The notes under the pieces were generated by a model. The model saw only the letters and a program-made list of their open reading frames with translations, was not told the DNA's origin and made no database searches. This document shows, piece by piece, positions 24,066-36,088 of a stretch of DNA of 64,000 bases. A program made the translations under genes and the position numbers. Every line of letters starts with the position of its first letter. Position 1 is the stretch's first letter. This stretch comes from Octopus sinensis (Eukaryota), in the NCBI RefSeq assembly GCF_006345805.1, contig NC_043019.1, forward strand, positions 6,943,360-7,007,359, written 5' to 3'.

Positions 24066-25348
24066 TCAATGCAACGATAGATACAGAGAGAAAAATCTGC
24101 ACGTATCTAAAAGGTAATGATTTTAATGTATTGTTAGAAGCCGAATCATTTGGCAATAAGTTGAATGGCCTTCGTGCAACTGTAATTGCACCTGTCAAAT
24201 GCATGAGTCTTACATAAGTTGCGCTGAAACGTTTACTGTGAAATCCGTTGCTATATTTGCCAACTCTGAATTTTTGTTATTGCCAAGATAGTTAAATAGA
24301 AGCAAACATACAATTGCTTTCCACAGAATCTCAATTTATTTCTTGATTGAGATGAAGTAAACGAAACAGTAGCCTTTCTTTCTAGAAGAATTCCCCTCTC
24401 TTCCACGATATACATGTCCAGCCAGTATCAGTTTGGCAGTATTGCCACTTAATTCGTTCCTATGTAACGAAATAGGTGGCAAACAAGTAATAGAAGAGAA
24501 ATATTTTGAATAGTGGAATAAATTGTAGCCTGAAGGCTGGAATATTTTTCGTTTCTTTCTTTGAATGAAAGAAACGACATGAACCAGAGCAAGCAAGGAT
24601 GATACATTGCGAAATAGAAAACTACAATTTTTTAATATTTCGTAGCCTTAGGATATAAACTAATATCTGTTTAAAAAAACGAAGATAAATTGAAGTAAAG
24701 AAAAATGCTTTAAAATTTTACTAAAATATAGCAGAAATAAAACATCTATCTCTCATGCGCAGGTTTAAAGAAAAATATTCTTCTTGAAGTAAACCGAAGT
24801 ATTTTAACAAGCTTAAGGACAATGTTTTTACATAAGACAGAACACCTCCTTACAGCATTTGAATGTGCCATTGCTTTAGGATATAAAACATTATTTGTTT
24901 GATATTGTAAAAGAATGGAAGACCAGAATACACTCACAGAATTTTGGTGAACTTGAAATTGTTTCTAATAAAGGTACAATGCCAGCAAATTTGATCGATT
25001 CTGGTACTGGAATGGTACGAAATATTTAAAACTCGATATATATGAAAGGTATCGTTTACCTCGACGGAATATGTATTCAAAATGCAAAGGGTGGGGAGAA
25101 ATAGCACAAGGTATTTCTTTCGATGCTCTGTTGATACATCTACATCCGGAATATTGGAATAAAACCTGAGGAGTGATTGCACGATCGATTAATTGAGTCC
25201 CCTAGGCAAGTGTCTTGTAGACAAGTTTGATCAAAGCTGATCTGGAGCTAAAGAACAACAACAGTAATAATGTCTGTTATTAACCACAGGGGCTGCTTCA
25301 TATATGGAGTATATTTGAAGGAAAGTCTACAATTTGTTTGGAGGTTTG

Positions 25349-25383
<35 letters not shown>

Positions 25384-25659
25384 AAAGGAGAAGAATGTGT
25401 GAATACGTAGGAGAAGAGATAAAATTTATATATACCAGACCAGACATGTGAATACCTTGAATACCATCATCATCATCACAATTAACAACAAGACGAAATG
25501 CTACATAAATAGATTGATATCATAATATTCGTTACGACGAAGCACTACGCGGAACACTCTTGTCTTACCAGAAACGGTTGTCAGATTTACAGTTAAATCC
25601 CCTTTCAATACAAGAATGATACATCTAACTGTAGTGATGGTATGTCAAGTCTGTCTGTT

Positions 25660-25770
25660 AATGGAAAATTCACTTCGACCCCAGAACTTAACTGGTATTT
25701 ATTTTATAGATCACGAAAGGATGAAAGACAAAAATCAACTTCGACAGAATTTGAACTGGGAACGTGAAGT
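25660..25770 (-). mobile_element. SINE family A fragment
   Basis: CGACCCCAG...ACTGGTATTTATTTTATAGATCACGAAAGGATGAAAGAC...GAATTTGAACT. Confidence 0.75.
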
Positions 25771-25869
25771 TTCTTATATACAAAATTCTTATATACATAC
25801 GTACGTACATACATACATACATGCATAGCATATATATATATGTGCGTGGAGGGGTGTATTTGCCATGTT

Positions 25870-26055
25870 GGACCACTGAACTCAACACACGTTCTTTTCA
25901 TTCTCTCTCTATTTATTTCTGCTTATTCTTTTCTGACGAAGAGCATGGGCTCGAAACGTAAAAGACTCTTGCATTTTTCCAGAACGTCAAACTAATACAC
26001 TTGTTGTTGTTCCTACTCCTGTCCTGGTCTTTGTTGTTCTATAAATTCGAACTAT
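25870..26055 (+). mobile_element. Small (TA)n-flanked repeat carrying a hammerhead motif (Penelope pLTR or retrozyme-like)
   Basis: Homologous to 38145-38345; contains CTGACGA-A-GAGC-ATGG-GCTC-GAAACGTA. Confidence 0.7.
25929..25964 (+). ncRNA. Minimal type I hammerhead ribozyme
   Basis: CUGACGA 25933-39, extra A, stem II GAGC/GCUC, GAAA 25953-56, palindromic ACGU stem III, GUA cleavage triplet ending 25960, stem I UUUU/AAAG. Confidence 0.72.
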
Positions 26056-26096
26056 ATATATATATGTATGTATATATGTATTGTACATTACACATG

Positions 26097-26400
26097 TGGA
26101 GGCGCAATAGCCCATTGGTTAGGGCAGCGGACTCGCGGTCGTAGAATCGCAGTTTCGATTCCTAGACCGGGCGTTGTGAGTGTTTATTGAGCGAAAACAC
26201 CTAAAGCTCCACGAAACTCCGGCAGGGGTGGGGCGATCCCTGCTGTACACTTTCGCCACAACTTTCTCTCACTCTTTCTTCTGTTGGCCTGCTCGCTTAG
26301 CCAGCGGGGTGGCGTCATTTGAAGGCTAAAACGATGCGTAGCGCATTGTGACCAGCGATGTGTAGCAACATCTGATAGCCTGATCGGTCACGGTGGTGAT
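26097..26400 (+). mobile_element. tRNA-derived SINE family C, near full length
   Basis: A box TAGCCCATTGG, B box GTTTCGATTCC; body shared with 8708-8962; tail ATTGTGACCAGCGATGTGTAGCAACATCTGATAGCC. Confidence 0.9.
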
Positions 26401-26870
26401 ATTACACATACATGCAATCCCTATGTGTGTGTGTGCGTGTATGTGTGCGCGTGTGTACCATGGAGATTTTACACCTGGCTAAAGCCACACAGTGGCACTG
26501 CGGACAGAAGATAAGTGAATTTAACTTCGGCCATCAGTCCGTTTTCGGTAATCGAAGCAGCCAACACGATTCCCTTTTATCAACATAATATTTTTAGCTA
26601 ATTATTTTTACAAAACAACATCATAAACAAATAATTACTTTTGCAAAACTCTGTCACAATCAATTTATTCTTATTGAACCAAACTCACGCGCAAAAACAT
26701 GATTTTCTCATGTATTTATTGTTGTTGCTGTTGTCGCTTTTGTTGTTGTTGTTAATGTCGTCGACGTTGTTGCTAATAGTAAACACAGCCAGAAAAATTA
26801 TTAGCGTTTTCACTTTTTCGTTCCGTGTATGTCTATATGATCGTCTGTGTTCCTCTTTGTCTCAGCTCTC

Positions 26871-26910
<40 letters not shown>

Positions 26911-27175
26911 ATTCTCACCCTCTCTCGCTCTTCCTCCTTCGGCTATCTGAACGCTGTCACAATTTCATGTTCCAGCTTTATTAAGTAATTAGCGATATAT
27001 AACTGAGACTGTGTTAACACTCCTATTTCTCTGATGAAGATAAGAAAAAAAAAACATGTCTCACTTTGACTGCTTCTTCGTCACATACACATACACACAC
27101 AGTAACACACACGCACTAACGCACGCACGAACACACAGACACGCACAAAGAAACACACACGCACACGCACGCACA

Positions 27176-27226
<51 letters not shown>

Positions 27227-27291
27227 CATAGTTGTATATATTTATATACGTATAATAGATAAATATAATAGATAAAGAGATAGATAAATAA

Positions 27292-27422
<131 letters not shown>

Positions 27423-28336
27423 CTCAGATAGATTTAGACACTTGATATAATGATATATATGTGTGTGTATGTATGTGTGTGTATATGGTGTGTATGTATG
27501 TGTGTGTATGCGTGTGTATATTTTATTAGTCTCCTAAAACATTTCAGTGACCACTCAACCGTTTCATTTAACAACACACTTCAATATTCAATATATGACT
27601 AGGCCAAAGAAAAAACAAAACTAATTATTAAAAAAAACAAATTTATTGCTTTACTTACAATTTATTCAGACTTCTTTTCTCCTTCAAAATACTCCCACAA
27701 CTCTCTCCATACGCCACCTTCATCTCATTCGGGACTTGTACGCAGTTTTTGTAGAGTCATACGGCGCCTCTGCCATAGATTGAAATCCCCTGCATTTCTA
27801 GGTGGAAACTGTAATGGTTATTGGAAACCGAATCCCTCTATATACTGTCGGACATCACGAACTAGCCACTGGAGTTTCACGTGATCAGCTTATCAAACGA
27901 CCAACCTGCTCTTAGCGATTTCATGGGCAGGTTTTCTTGAACATTTTAGAATGTGATAACCGAACCTCTATAAAAACCTTTCGGTGCAAATTCTTAGAAG
28001 GCAGATGACTCAGGAAGGCGGCTGAAATAAATAGCAGGCAGATGACTCGAAACCCCGTCGCAGCGAATATAGCACAATCGTTCCCAGTTATGTTGGGCAA
28101 TGTGCAGGCTGCTGTATCGATAACTTACCGTAGATACCAAGCAGTATCACTTTTTAAATGCAATTATTGTTGTTCTTACCTGTAAAAGTCCAACGTAGCT
28201 TGTCTTAATGTGCGATGATAAAATCTTTTGTAACATGTTCGCCGGCGTGTTTCAGTTTCTTCTACAGACAGCCTAAGAAGCTCCTTTTCATTCACCAACT
28301 CGAACTGTCAACACGACAAATCAGATTAAAACTTAC

Positions 28337-28537
28337 AGATAGCGTTAGAAACGAAGGAAGTCAGGAGGGGTCGAATACGGATTGTCGAGTGTTTCGAGAA
28401 ATAAATGACATGAACGTTAACGAATAGTCGTTGAGAGGTAATGACCTTTGAAGAGGTAACTTCCGGTGAGGTATGTCTCAATGCTTTGTTTGTTAATTCC
28501 TTAAGAGCTCTGCCTTCGTACAGCCTGTCATAAACAT
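28337..28537 (-). CDS. Candidate symmetric phase 1-1 exon of unknown protein (DVYDRLYEGRALKELTNKALRHTSPEV...)
   Basis: Acceptor TATATTTAG and donor GTAAGT; 201 nt; lies inside the 92-aa ORF 28326-28604. Confidence 0.25.
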
Positions 28538-28875
28538 CTAAATATAGTAACTCGTACGGAACGGTGCCCGTCCAAGAAAGACGTCGGAGAACGTCATTTT
28601 TCACGACTAGACGATTCTGATACGCCTTTTTTTATGCCATGTCAATGAGGATCGAACCACGCCTGACAGTCACGCATTTGTTTCGATATCATGGTCGTCA
28701 AACACTGTGGCGCTATTCAAAAAGTTTTCAATAGCGTTCTTACATAGTATATGATATTCTGAGCGCGTTTGCGTGTGAGAGCGTTAACGCAAGAGCCACG
28801 AGTGTATTGTTGTTGCTGTTGTTGTTGTTGTTGATATTGTTGTTATTTAATATGTTATAATATAATATAATATAA

Positions 28876-29270
28876 TCTTTATATATAAAAGAGAGGTTGT
28901 GTGCTTCTGTCTCCTACGATTTAGATTCCTAACTACTCCCACATTTCGCGGTGCAGTTTTAACCCAAACCGGGTATCTTATAGTCGTGATTCATATCGAG
29001 CCCTTCTGGGTATTAGCACGCGTCTACGATGAGTCTACGATTTAAAAAAAATTACCATCAATTTTTCACATTTTTAATGCATTTTTGGCATATATAAGGG
29101 AAGTAACTCTCTAAAAATTTATTATTAAATCTCAGAACGTAAAAAGCTACAGTAACACCCCACCCTTTGTGGTTAGCCATATTGAGATGGCTATTATACT
29201 TTACATCTCTAAAAATGCTTATATAGTTATTTCCCTTACAAACCCGAGCAACGCCGGGCGATACTGCTAG
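28876..29270 (+). mobile_element. Complete non-autonomous Helitron (395 bp)
   Basis: 5' TC (A|TCTTTATATATAAAAG), subterminal hairpin CCCGAGCAACGCCGGG at 29243-58, 3' CTAG at 29267-70 followed by T; inserted at an AT dinucleotide without TSD. Confidence 0.92.
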
Positions 29271-30079
29271 TATAATATAATATAATGCTGTTGCTGTTGT
29301 TCTTGTTGTTGTTGTTTTTGCTGTTGATGTTGTTTAATATAATGTTACGGCATTCCTTCGGGATTTCATTATCATAATTAACGCCATATTTTCCCGCGTT
29401 CTTTTGTAAACCATCTGTATAAGTATTAAGATTATTTCTATCTCCTATCGCGCGCTGATGTTTTTGCCGTTGTTTTTGTTGTTATAGTTTATATCTTTTC
29501 TGATGCTCTTAGTATTTGTCATGTGTTTCAAAGTTTTCTGAATATTTTTTTTCCTTTCTCTGCAATATTCCTGTATTTCAAGTTATCTCCTATTTGCATT
29601 CCGTCTGTAAACAGTGGCGCCTTGTATTTTTGCTTGTCTTGTGGACGTTGTCGGCCATTTTATTTCGAGGAAGCATGTTTAGAAAATTGATAATTCCAAG
29701 CGAAAAAGTCGTTAAAAAGAACGAACCAATGAGCCCTGTCACCAAATGTGACAATCAACCCCGATAGAATATTCTTTGCTTCACAGATAATTCTGTTTGA
29801 AAACCAGATATTTTTTATCAGTTATTCAGAGCGAGTGCATATGTACCTTCTCGACCGAGTAACACAACCACAACCAACACCAGCAGCAATAACATCAGCA
29901 ATAACAACAACAACAATAATGATTGTCACTTTAGTTACTAAAAGACGAAATTGCAAGAATGTAGTTGAGGAAAAGAGGAATTGGTATCCCAGTTGTTGTA
30001 GAGTTACTCGGAGCACTAAAAACCAAGTTCGAAAAGTATGCAGGAGAATAGAAATGCTCAAAGATCTGCTGTAGTGCAG

Positions 30080-30109
30080 TTAGGGTTAGGGTTAGGGTTA
30101 GGGTTAGAG
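30080..30109 (+). repeat. Interstitial telomeric repeat (TTAGGG)4-TTAGAG
   Basis: Read directly from the sequence. Confidence 0.9.
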
Positions 30110-30294
30110 TTTGATATTGGGGCTTGGGTGTTAATTATCTTCCACAACCTTAACGTTTTTTTGCACCAATTCTTAGGGTTAGTAGAGAGATACGCTGTGA
30201 GACCTTTGGCAACAGGCTGCTGACTGTTCTCACAGAATTAACTGGAACAAGCAAGACTGGCATCTCCGTGAAGCAAAATTTAATGTTCCTTTTC

Positions 30295-30428
30295 TAACAT
30301 AGGTCTGAAATGAAGGACGAAGGGTTGGTCAGTAACATCGACCCCTACTGTTCAACTGGTACCTAACTTTATCGATCCGGAAAAAATGAAAGGCGAAATC
30401 GACCTCAGTGGAATTTGAACTTAGAACG
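30295..30428 (-). mobile_element. SINE family A fragment
   Basis: CATCGACCCC...ACTGGTACC...TATCGATCCGGAAAAAATGAAAGGCGAAATCGACCTCAGTGGAATTTGAACTTAGAAC. Confidence 0.8.
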
Positions 30429-31005
30429 TTTCTTTTAAAAGGAAAAGATGTAAATAGATAAGAACAACAGCGGCGTTTTGCGGAAACAGAAACTCTTAGA
30501 AATTTCTAGAATAAAACTACGGCATGTTATCCTTTTGGATGCTTATACTTTGCTGCTGAGCACTTTCATGACAATTTCTGAAGCGCATTCTTACTTCTAT
30601 CTTCCAGGAAAATTCAACACTAAATATTTAGTTTCACAATCAACATAACATTAAATGCATGTATGAAGTTTAAATGCCAGACACTGTGATTATCGTTCGG
30701 GAAAAGTCTATTCATATACTTATCGTATTAAAAATACGTAAACTTGCGATCTAGGTGAAACGAAACCGACTCAGAAATAACCGAGCAAGAGAAAGAGAGA
30801 GGTGGGGAGAGTGAGTCGCATTTCACCGTTTTTGAAGCTTCTCAATATCACTTCTGAAAAGAAATGCAAGCCACTACTTTGAAGCAGATCAGAAAAAATG
30901 CATAAGCTATGCACTAACGTGCAATGGTGTGTGCCGCATGACGAGAATAAAATTTGAATTATGCAAATAGTAGTCCTATACTAACATTTCTATCACACCT
31001 TACTA

Positions 31006-31120
31006 AGAGGGCAGCGAGCTGGCAGAATCGTTGGAAAGGCGGACCAAATGCTCAGCAGCAATTCGTTCGTCTTAACGGTCTGATTTCAAATTCCGCCGAG
31101 ATCACCTTTACTTGCCTTTT
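31006..31120 (+). mobile_element. 5' part of SINE family A
   Basis: GGCAGCGAGCTGGCAGAATCGTT...TTCAAATTCCGCCGAG. Confidence 0.8.
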
Positions 31121-32289
31121 AGCACATTCCAATAGTCTTGACTATTGAAAAGGTTTCAAGACGCAACAAAATTAAGAAAATAAGTGGAAATTTTACCGGT
31201 GAGTGTGTTAAATTATAAGGCACAAAAAGAAAATGACTCTCCCCAGACACAACAGAATATGCTTCAATACACGAAATCATATAAAGAATCTTGCAAACCA
31301 AATCCCAAAACGAAACATATTATCAAATATTAATATAGTAAAATAAATAACTAACAAATGAGTCATGAATTGTGGCCCAGCCTGTAGCATTACTATTTAC
31401 TTTCTTTTGTAACTGAAATGGCAGAAGTTGTGATTTTCGTTCAAAGGTACAATCAAATTCAGTGTTAAACATCTTTTTTATTAGCGGTCTTTCTACGAGG
31501 AGTGGTGCTCTGTTTGTGTTTTAGATGCTTTTTAATATTTGGCCCCATTGCTTCACCTAAATATTTCAGAAATAATTTTCCGCGCATTGTCTTGCTTTCC
31601 AGCATGAGGAAAATACAATAAAAGAAATTGAAGTAGAAAGACATGACCTTGATAAAGTTTTCCTAGATCGGGTCAAGGTCACAGTCTAAGGCATTTTTGT
31701 GAAATGATGATTCACATTCGCAAAACTGATTAAGTTTTGTACGCCAGTCGCTGATACTGATTCCATGAAAAAAATGGATCTTTATTTGTTTAACAGTGTG
31801 ACAATACTGTTGTTGTTGTAAATATTTTCACTTGGTTCGTTCAAACACGCAGTTTTGGGCTCCTAAAATATTATTTCTCGTTGATTATGTTCAGCATTCA
31901 GATGTTAATATCAAATCTTCTATTTTGGTGAATTTTATGAATTTCTTTATTTCATATTTATTTTGTACGAAGTGATATGGTATTATGATTCCGAAACTTG
32001 GTAACCATTTTTTTCTGGCTGCAGACGACATGCAGGTATAACAAAAATAAATTGTCTGCAAAAAAAAAAAGCCCCCAAAAAGCCAAAAAGAAGCATATGC
32101 TGTTTTGTCTAAAACCTGTTTGGACTCCCAAGTTTTGGAATCAGTTTGCCAGAAAGTTCAATAGAACACAATTTCATGGAGCAACAATTGACAATGAACA
32201 AATTTATATAGTTCAGCTATTTCACTCCAGCTAACGAATCAGAAATACAACCGACTGGGTCGGCAGTGAAAATCCTAACAACAACATCA

Positions 32290-32310
32290 ATAATAATGAT
32301 GATGATGACG

Positions 32311-32354
<44 letters not shown>

Positions 32355-32391
32355 AATATTAAGAATAATGACAATAATAATAATAATAATG

Positions 32392-32433
<42 letters not shown>

Positions 32434-32574
32434 TTAATAATAATAATAATATAATAATAATAATAATAATGATGATGATGATAATAATAATAATATATAA
32501 TAATAATAATAATAATAATAACAATAATAATAATGAGAATAGTAAGAATAATGACAATAATAATAATAATAATG

Positions 32575-32620
<46 letters not shown>

Positions 32621-32624
32621 TAAT

Positions 32625-32659
<35 letters not shown>

Positions 32660-32702
32660 TAATAATAATAATAGTAATAATAATAATAACAATAACAATA
32701 AC

Positions 32703-32761
<59 letters not shown>

Positions 32762-32790
32762 GAAGAAGAAGAAGAAGAAGAAGAAGTATT
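32290..32790. repeat. (AAT)n array ending in (AAG)n
   Basis: Read directly from the sequence. Confidence 0.97.
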
Positions 32791-33169
32791 TTTTTTATTT
32801 TAGCCAGAAAACGAGACATTAGCAGAGAACTTAGAATTATGTAGGACACACTACTGAATAGAAAGACATGGATATTTGCAGAAATATTCTACAATTAAAG
32901 TGGAGCTGGTTAAAAATAACATACGCATGGGATTGCACATAAAGTGATGTTTTTAAAAAAATGTGTACTAACAAGAAGCAATGATAAAAACAATAATTAA
33001 ATAGCATCAGTAAATAGAAAATAAAAAATGAAAAATATTTGTGTTCTCAACTACAGACAGGCGGGGAGATAGTAGCTGTGTCGAGTAGAGCACCTTCGGC
33101 CTCTATATCCCAAACATATCTCTCACTGCGAATTGTTGCACGCAGAATGGCTCGATTCTGCCAGCTGAA

Positions 33170-33400
33170 TAGGGGGATCAGCTGGCAGAATCGTTAGCAC
33201 GCCGGGCAACATGCTTAGCGACATTTCGTTCGTCGTCCTTACGTTCTGAGTTCGAACTCCGCCGAGGTTGACTATTCCTTTCATCTTTTCGTGGGGAGGG
33301 GCAGAACATAAGTACTTCCTGAACAGTGGGGTCGATGTGATCGATTTAACCATTACCTTGAAATTGTTGACCTTGTGCCAAAATTCGAAGCAATATATTA
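33170..33400 (+). mobile_element. SINE family A
   Basis: AGCTGGCAGAATCGTTAGCACGCCGGG...GAGTTCGAACTCCGCCGAGG...GGGGTCGATGTGATCGA. Confidence 0.88.
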
Positions 33401-33642
33401 CAATTAACCGCAATTTAGATAACCTACTTTTGCAGGGTGTTACTACTGCAGTTTATTGTCTTTCGGGTGTTTTCCTTAATAAAACCCCGACTGTATCTCT
33501 GCAAGGAACGTACCCCTTGGATACGACTTGAACCAGAAAAAAAAAAAATCCTGAATCTAATACACCCTTTTTCGCATCGTCTTCATTAATGTTATTTGGA
33601 TGCGATCATGTAGGTAAAAATTCTTTTGGTCTTTAGTTGTGG

Positions 33643-33945
33643 TTACCTTTCTACTTTTGTGATTTCTTTGGGGTTGGTCATTTTTCTTTTGTCTCTAACA
33701 ATATCGAACATTCCACCAGCAACAATCACCTGATTTTCATCAATCGACAACAGAAGGACGATCATGTTTGTTTGAGGAATTAAGGCTTGCCGCTGCTGTT
33801 CTCTGTACAGCATATCGTTCACCTCTTCTTCACAGTCATCCTTACCAATTTGCTGGAAGAACGGAACACCTCTCTGTCTGCTGTTCTTAAATGAAGCACG
33901 AAACAACCTCCCCTGACAGCTACGAGGTTTCGACAGACGGTGCTA
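33643..33945 (-). CDS. Open frame or candidate exon in unique sequence, unknown protein
   Basis: About 100 open codons (...QIGKDDCEEEVNDMLYREQQRQALIPQTNMIVLLLSIDENQVIVAGGMFDIVRDKRK...); donor AG|GTAACC at 33646; mixed, non-repetitive composition. Confidence 0.25.
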
Positions 33946-34139
33946 ATGGAGTCATACTTTTACTGATCTCAGCATTCATTTTCTGTCGTTGATTGAGGCA
34001 GAAGGCCTTGGGGTTACCTCACTTGTGAAAATTGCCACGTTTACAAAATTCTACCTAGTTTTAGTTTCAGTGAAGAAAAATATGAAGAAAAATATTAATA
34101 AAAAAAATCGCATAAATAAGCCACAAGAATAAATAGTCA

Positions 34140-34460
34140 AAGAGGGACAATTTCTGTCTCTCTCTTTCGATCTTTCGATCTATCTCTCCCCCTCTCTCTC
34201 TCGCTTTCTCTCTCTCTCTCTCTCTCTTTCGATCTTTCTCTCCCTCTCTTTCGATCTCTCCCTCTCTCTTTCGATTTTTCTCTCTCTCTCTTTCGATATC
34301 TGTCTCTTTCTCTTCCGATCTCTCTATCTTTCGTCTCTCTCTCTCTCTCTCTCTCACTCTATCGATCTCTTTCTCTTTCGATCTCTCTCCCTCTTTCAAT
34401 CTCTCTCCCGTTTTCGATCTCTCCCTTTTTCGATCTCTCTCCTCTCTCTCTCTCCCCCAG
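34140..34460. repeat. (CT)n polypyrimidine tract punctuated by TTCGATCT units
   Basis: About a dozen TCGAT motifs at roughly 20-30 bp spacing. Confidence 0.92.
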
Positions 34461-35009
34461 TCCTCGTTTTAACAAATTCCACATTTTCAATGTTGGCAGA
34501 AAGCATAAATCAGAAACTCTAACAATTCATTCAATGATTGATGCGGACCAGGAGTCTGCTTGGTCGTGATAAAACTTCTCGAATTAACAGCGAAACTTCT
34601 CTTAAATCAAACCTCTAAACATTTTTTTTAATAAACCGAACGCGACATGGGGGTCTCTAGCGAAAGACATCGTCGTCGACAGCGGTGACGTCTGTGTCAA
34701 TGACAGCACCGATGTTGACGGAGGTCTGCCCCTGCCGAGAAGGTTTCCATGTTTTCTCAACCACGCAGTGAGGGCTTATTTGCCACTACGTTTGATGTAT
34801 GTGGAGAATGCGTCGCTAGTTCGATCCCTACATTGTTTTAGTTTTAGTTTTGTTTTTTGTCCCCCAAGGTTATTGCATAAATGAGACAATTATGGTCAGA
34901 TGATGCAACTTCTGTCCGATGGAAGAGAGATACCAATATCGCTGCCTGTCTTGGTTCTCCTTGAACACGGATCTCACGACCTCGAATGACGATAATATCG
35001 CCCTTGTTA

Positions 35010-35225
35010 GGGTGGCGAGCTAGCAGAAACGTTAGCACGCCTGGCGAATTGCTTAGCGGTATTTCGTTTGCCGATACGTTCTGAGTTCAAATTCCGCCGA
35101 GGTCGACTTTCCCTTTCATCTTAGGGGGTCGATTAAACAAGTACCAATTACGTAATTGACTTAATCTCTTTGTCTGTTTTGTTTGTACCCTCTATATTTA
35201 GCCCCTCGTGGGAAATAAAGAAATA
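35010..35225 (+). mobile_element. SINE family A
   Basis: GGTGGCGAGCTAGCAGAAACGTTAGCACGCC...GAGTTCAAATTCCGCCGAGGTCGAC...AATAAAGAAATA. Confidence 0.92.
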
Positions 35226-36088
35226 ATATGGCCCTTGTTAGGACTTTAATCGCTCAGCAGAATTCGAGCTCGGAAATTATATCTGCAAAAGATACTGTTA
35301 TGTATTTTCCCCACGATTCTAAATGTTCTCAATCCACCACATCTGATTGAAACTAATACACCATTCATTGAACAACAGTTTCATGTTCATGGTTCGAACA
35401 ATTTTGATGATTACTCTGTTTCATCTGGGTTGACATGAGAATAACCAACAACCAAAACAACACCGGCAGCTAGAAAGAGAAAAGAAAAACTAAGAAGGCA
35501 ACAAGTACAACGACAGACAGCAAGAGCAATACAAACAAAAGTGACACGGCCAACAACAAACAAACAACAGCAATTAAAACAAACTGACTCATAAAGAACA
35601 ACCGCAACCGCAACAACAAGAATCACAACGACCACTACTACTATAACATCGACCACAACAAGAACAAATCCAATAGCAGCAACGAACAACCGATATTTCT
35701 AATCGAGAAGGAATTAAATTTATGTTGCTACTCACGAGATCCGATGTCCCACCAACAGAGTAAACGTAATTGTTTGACGTGGAAAGCTGAGCGGAAGTTG
35801 TTGCAGACAGATGCTGTAAGCATTGCTTTCAAAACTTTGTCACAAATGCTAAATCTCTCATGTTGACAGACCCATCCTTCATTTATTTAACGCATTAAGC
35901 ATTTCATAGACTCAATTAATCGATTTCTCTTGTATTAAACGGGTTTGTCGGCTGGTAACAAGGTGCTGTTTAAATACCCTTATCAATCAAATAGTTTTGT
36001 TTGGATATTCAGGCTGTCACTCTACAGAACATGTGATTCTTTGCTGCGTGTCGCTTTGTGCGTTTATAATTTGCATCTACACCGAAGA

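Noticed and set aside
24336-24596. 86-aa minus-strand ORF as a host exon
   Set aside because: KLILAGHVYR resembles the RTE LINE RLAGHxxR motif and the frame ends in a stop without a good donor; too weak to annotate either way
27540-27790. Possible Tc1-like transposon end
   Set aside because: No second TIR or convincing transposase motif could be identified by eye
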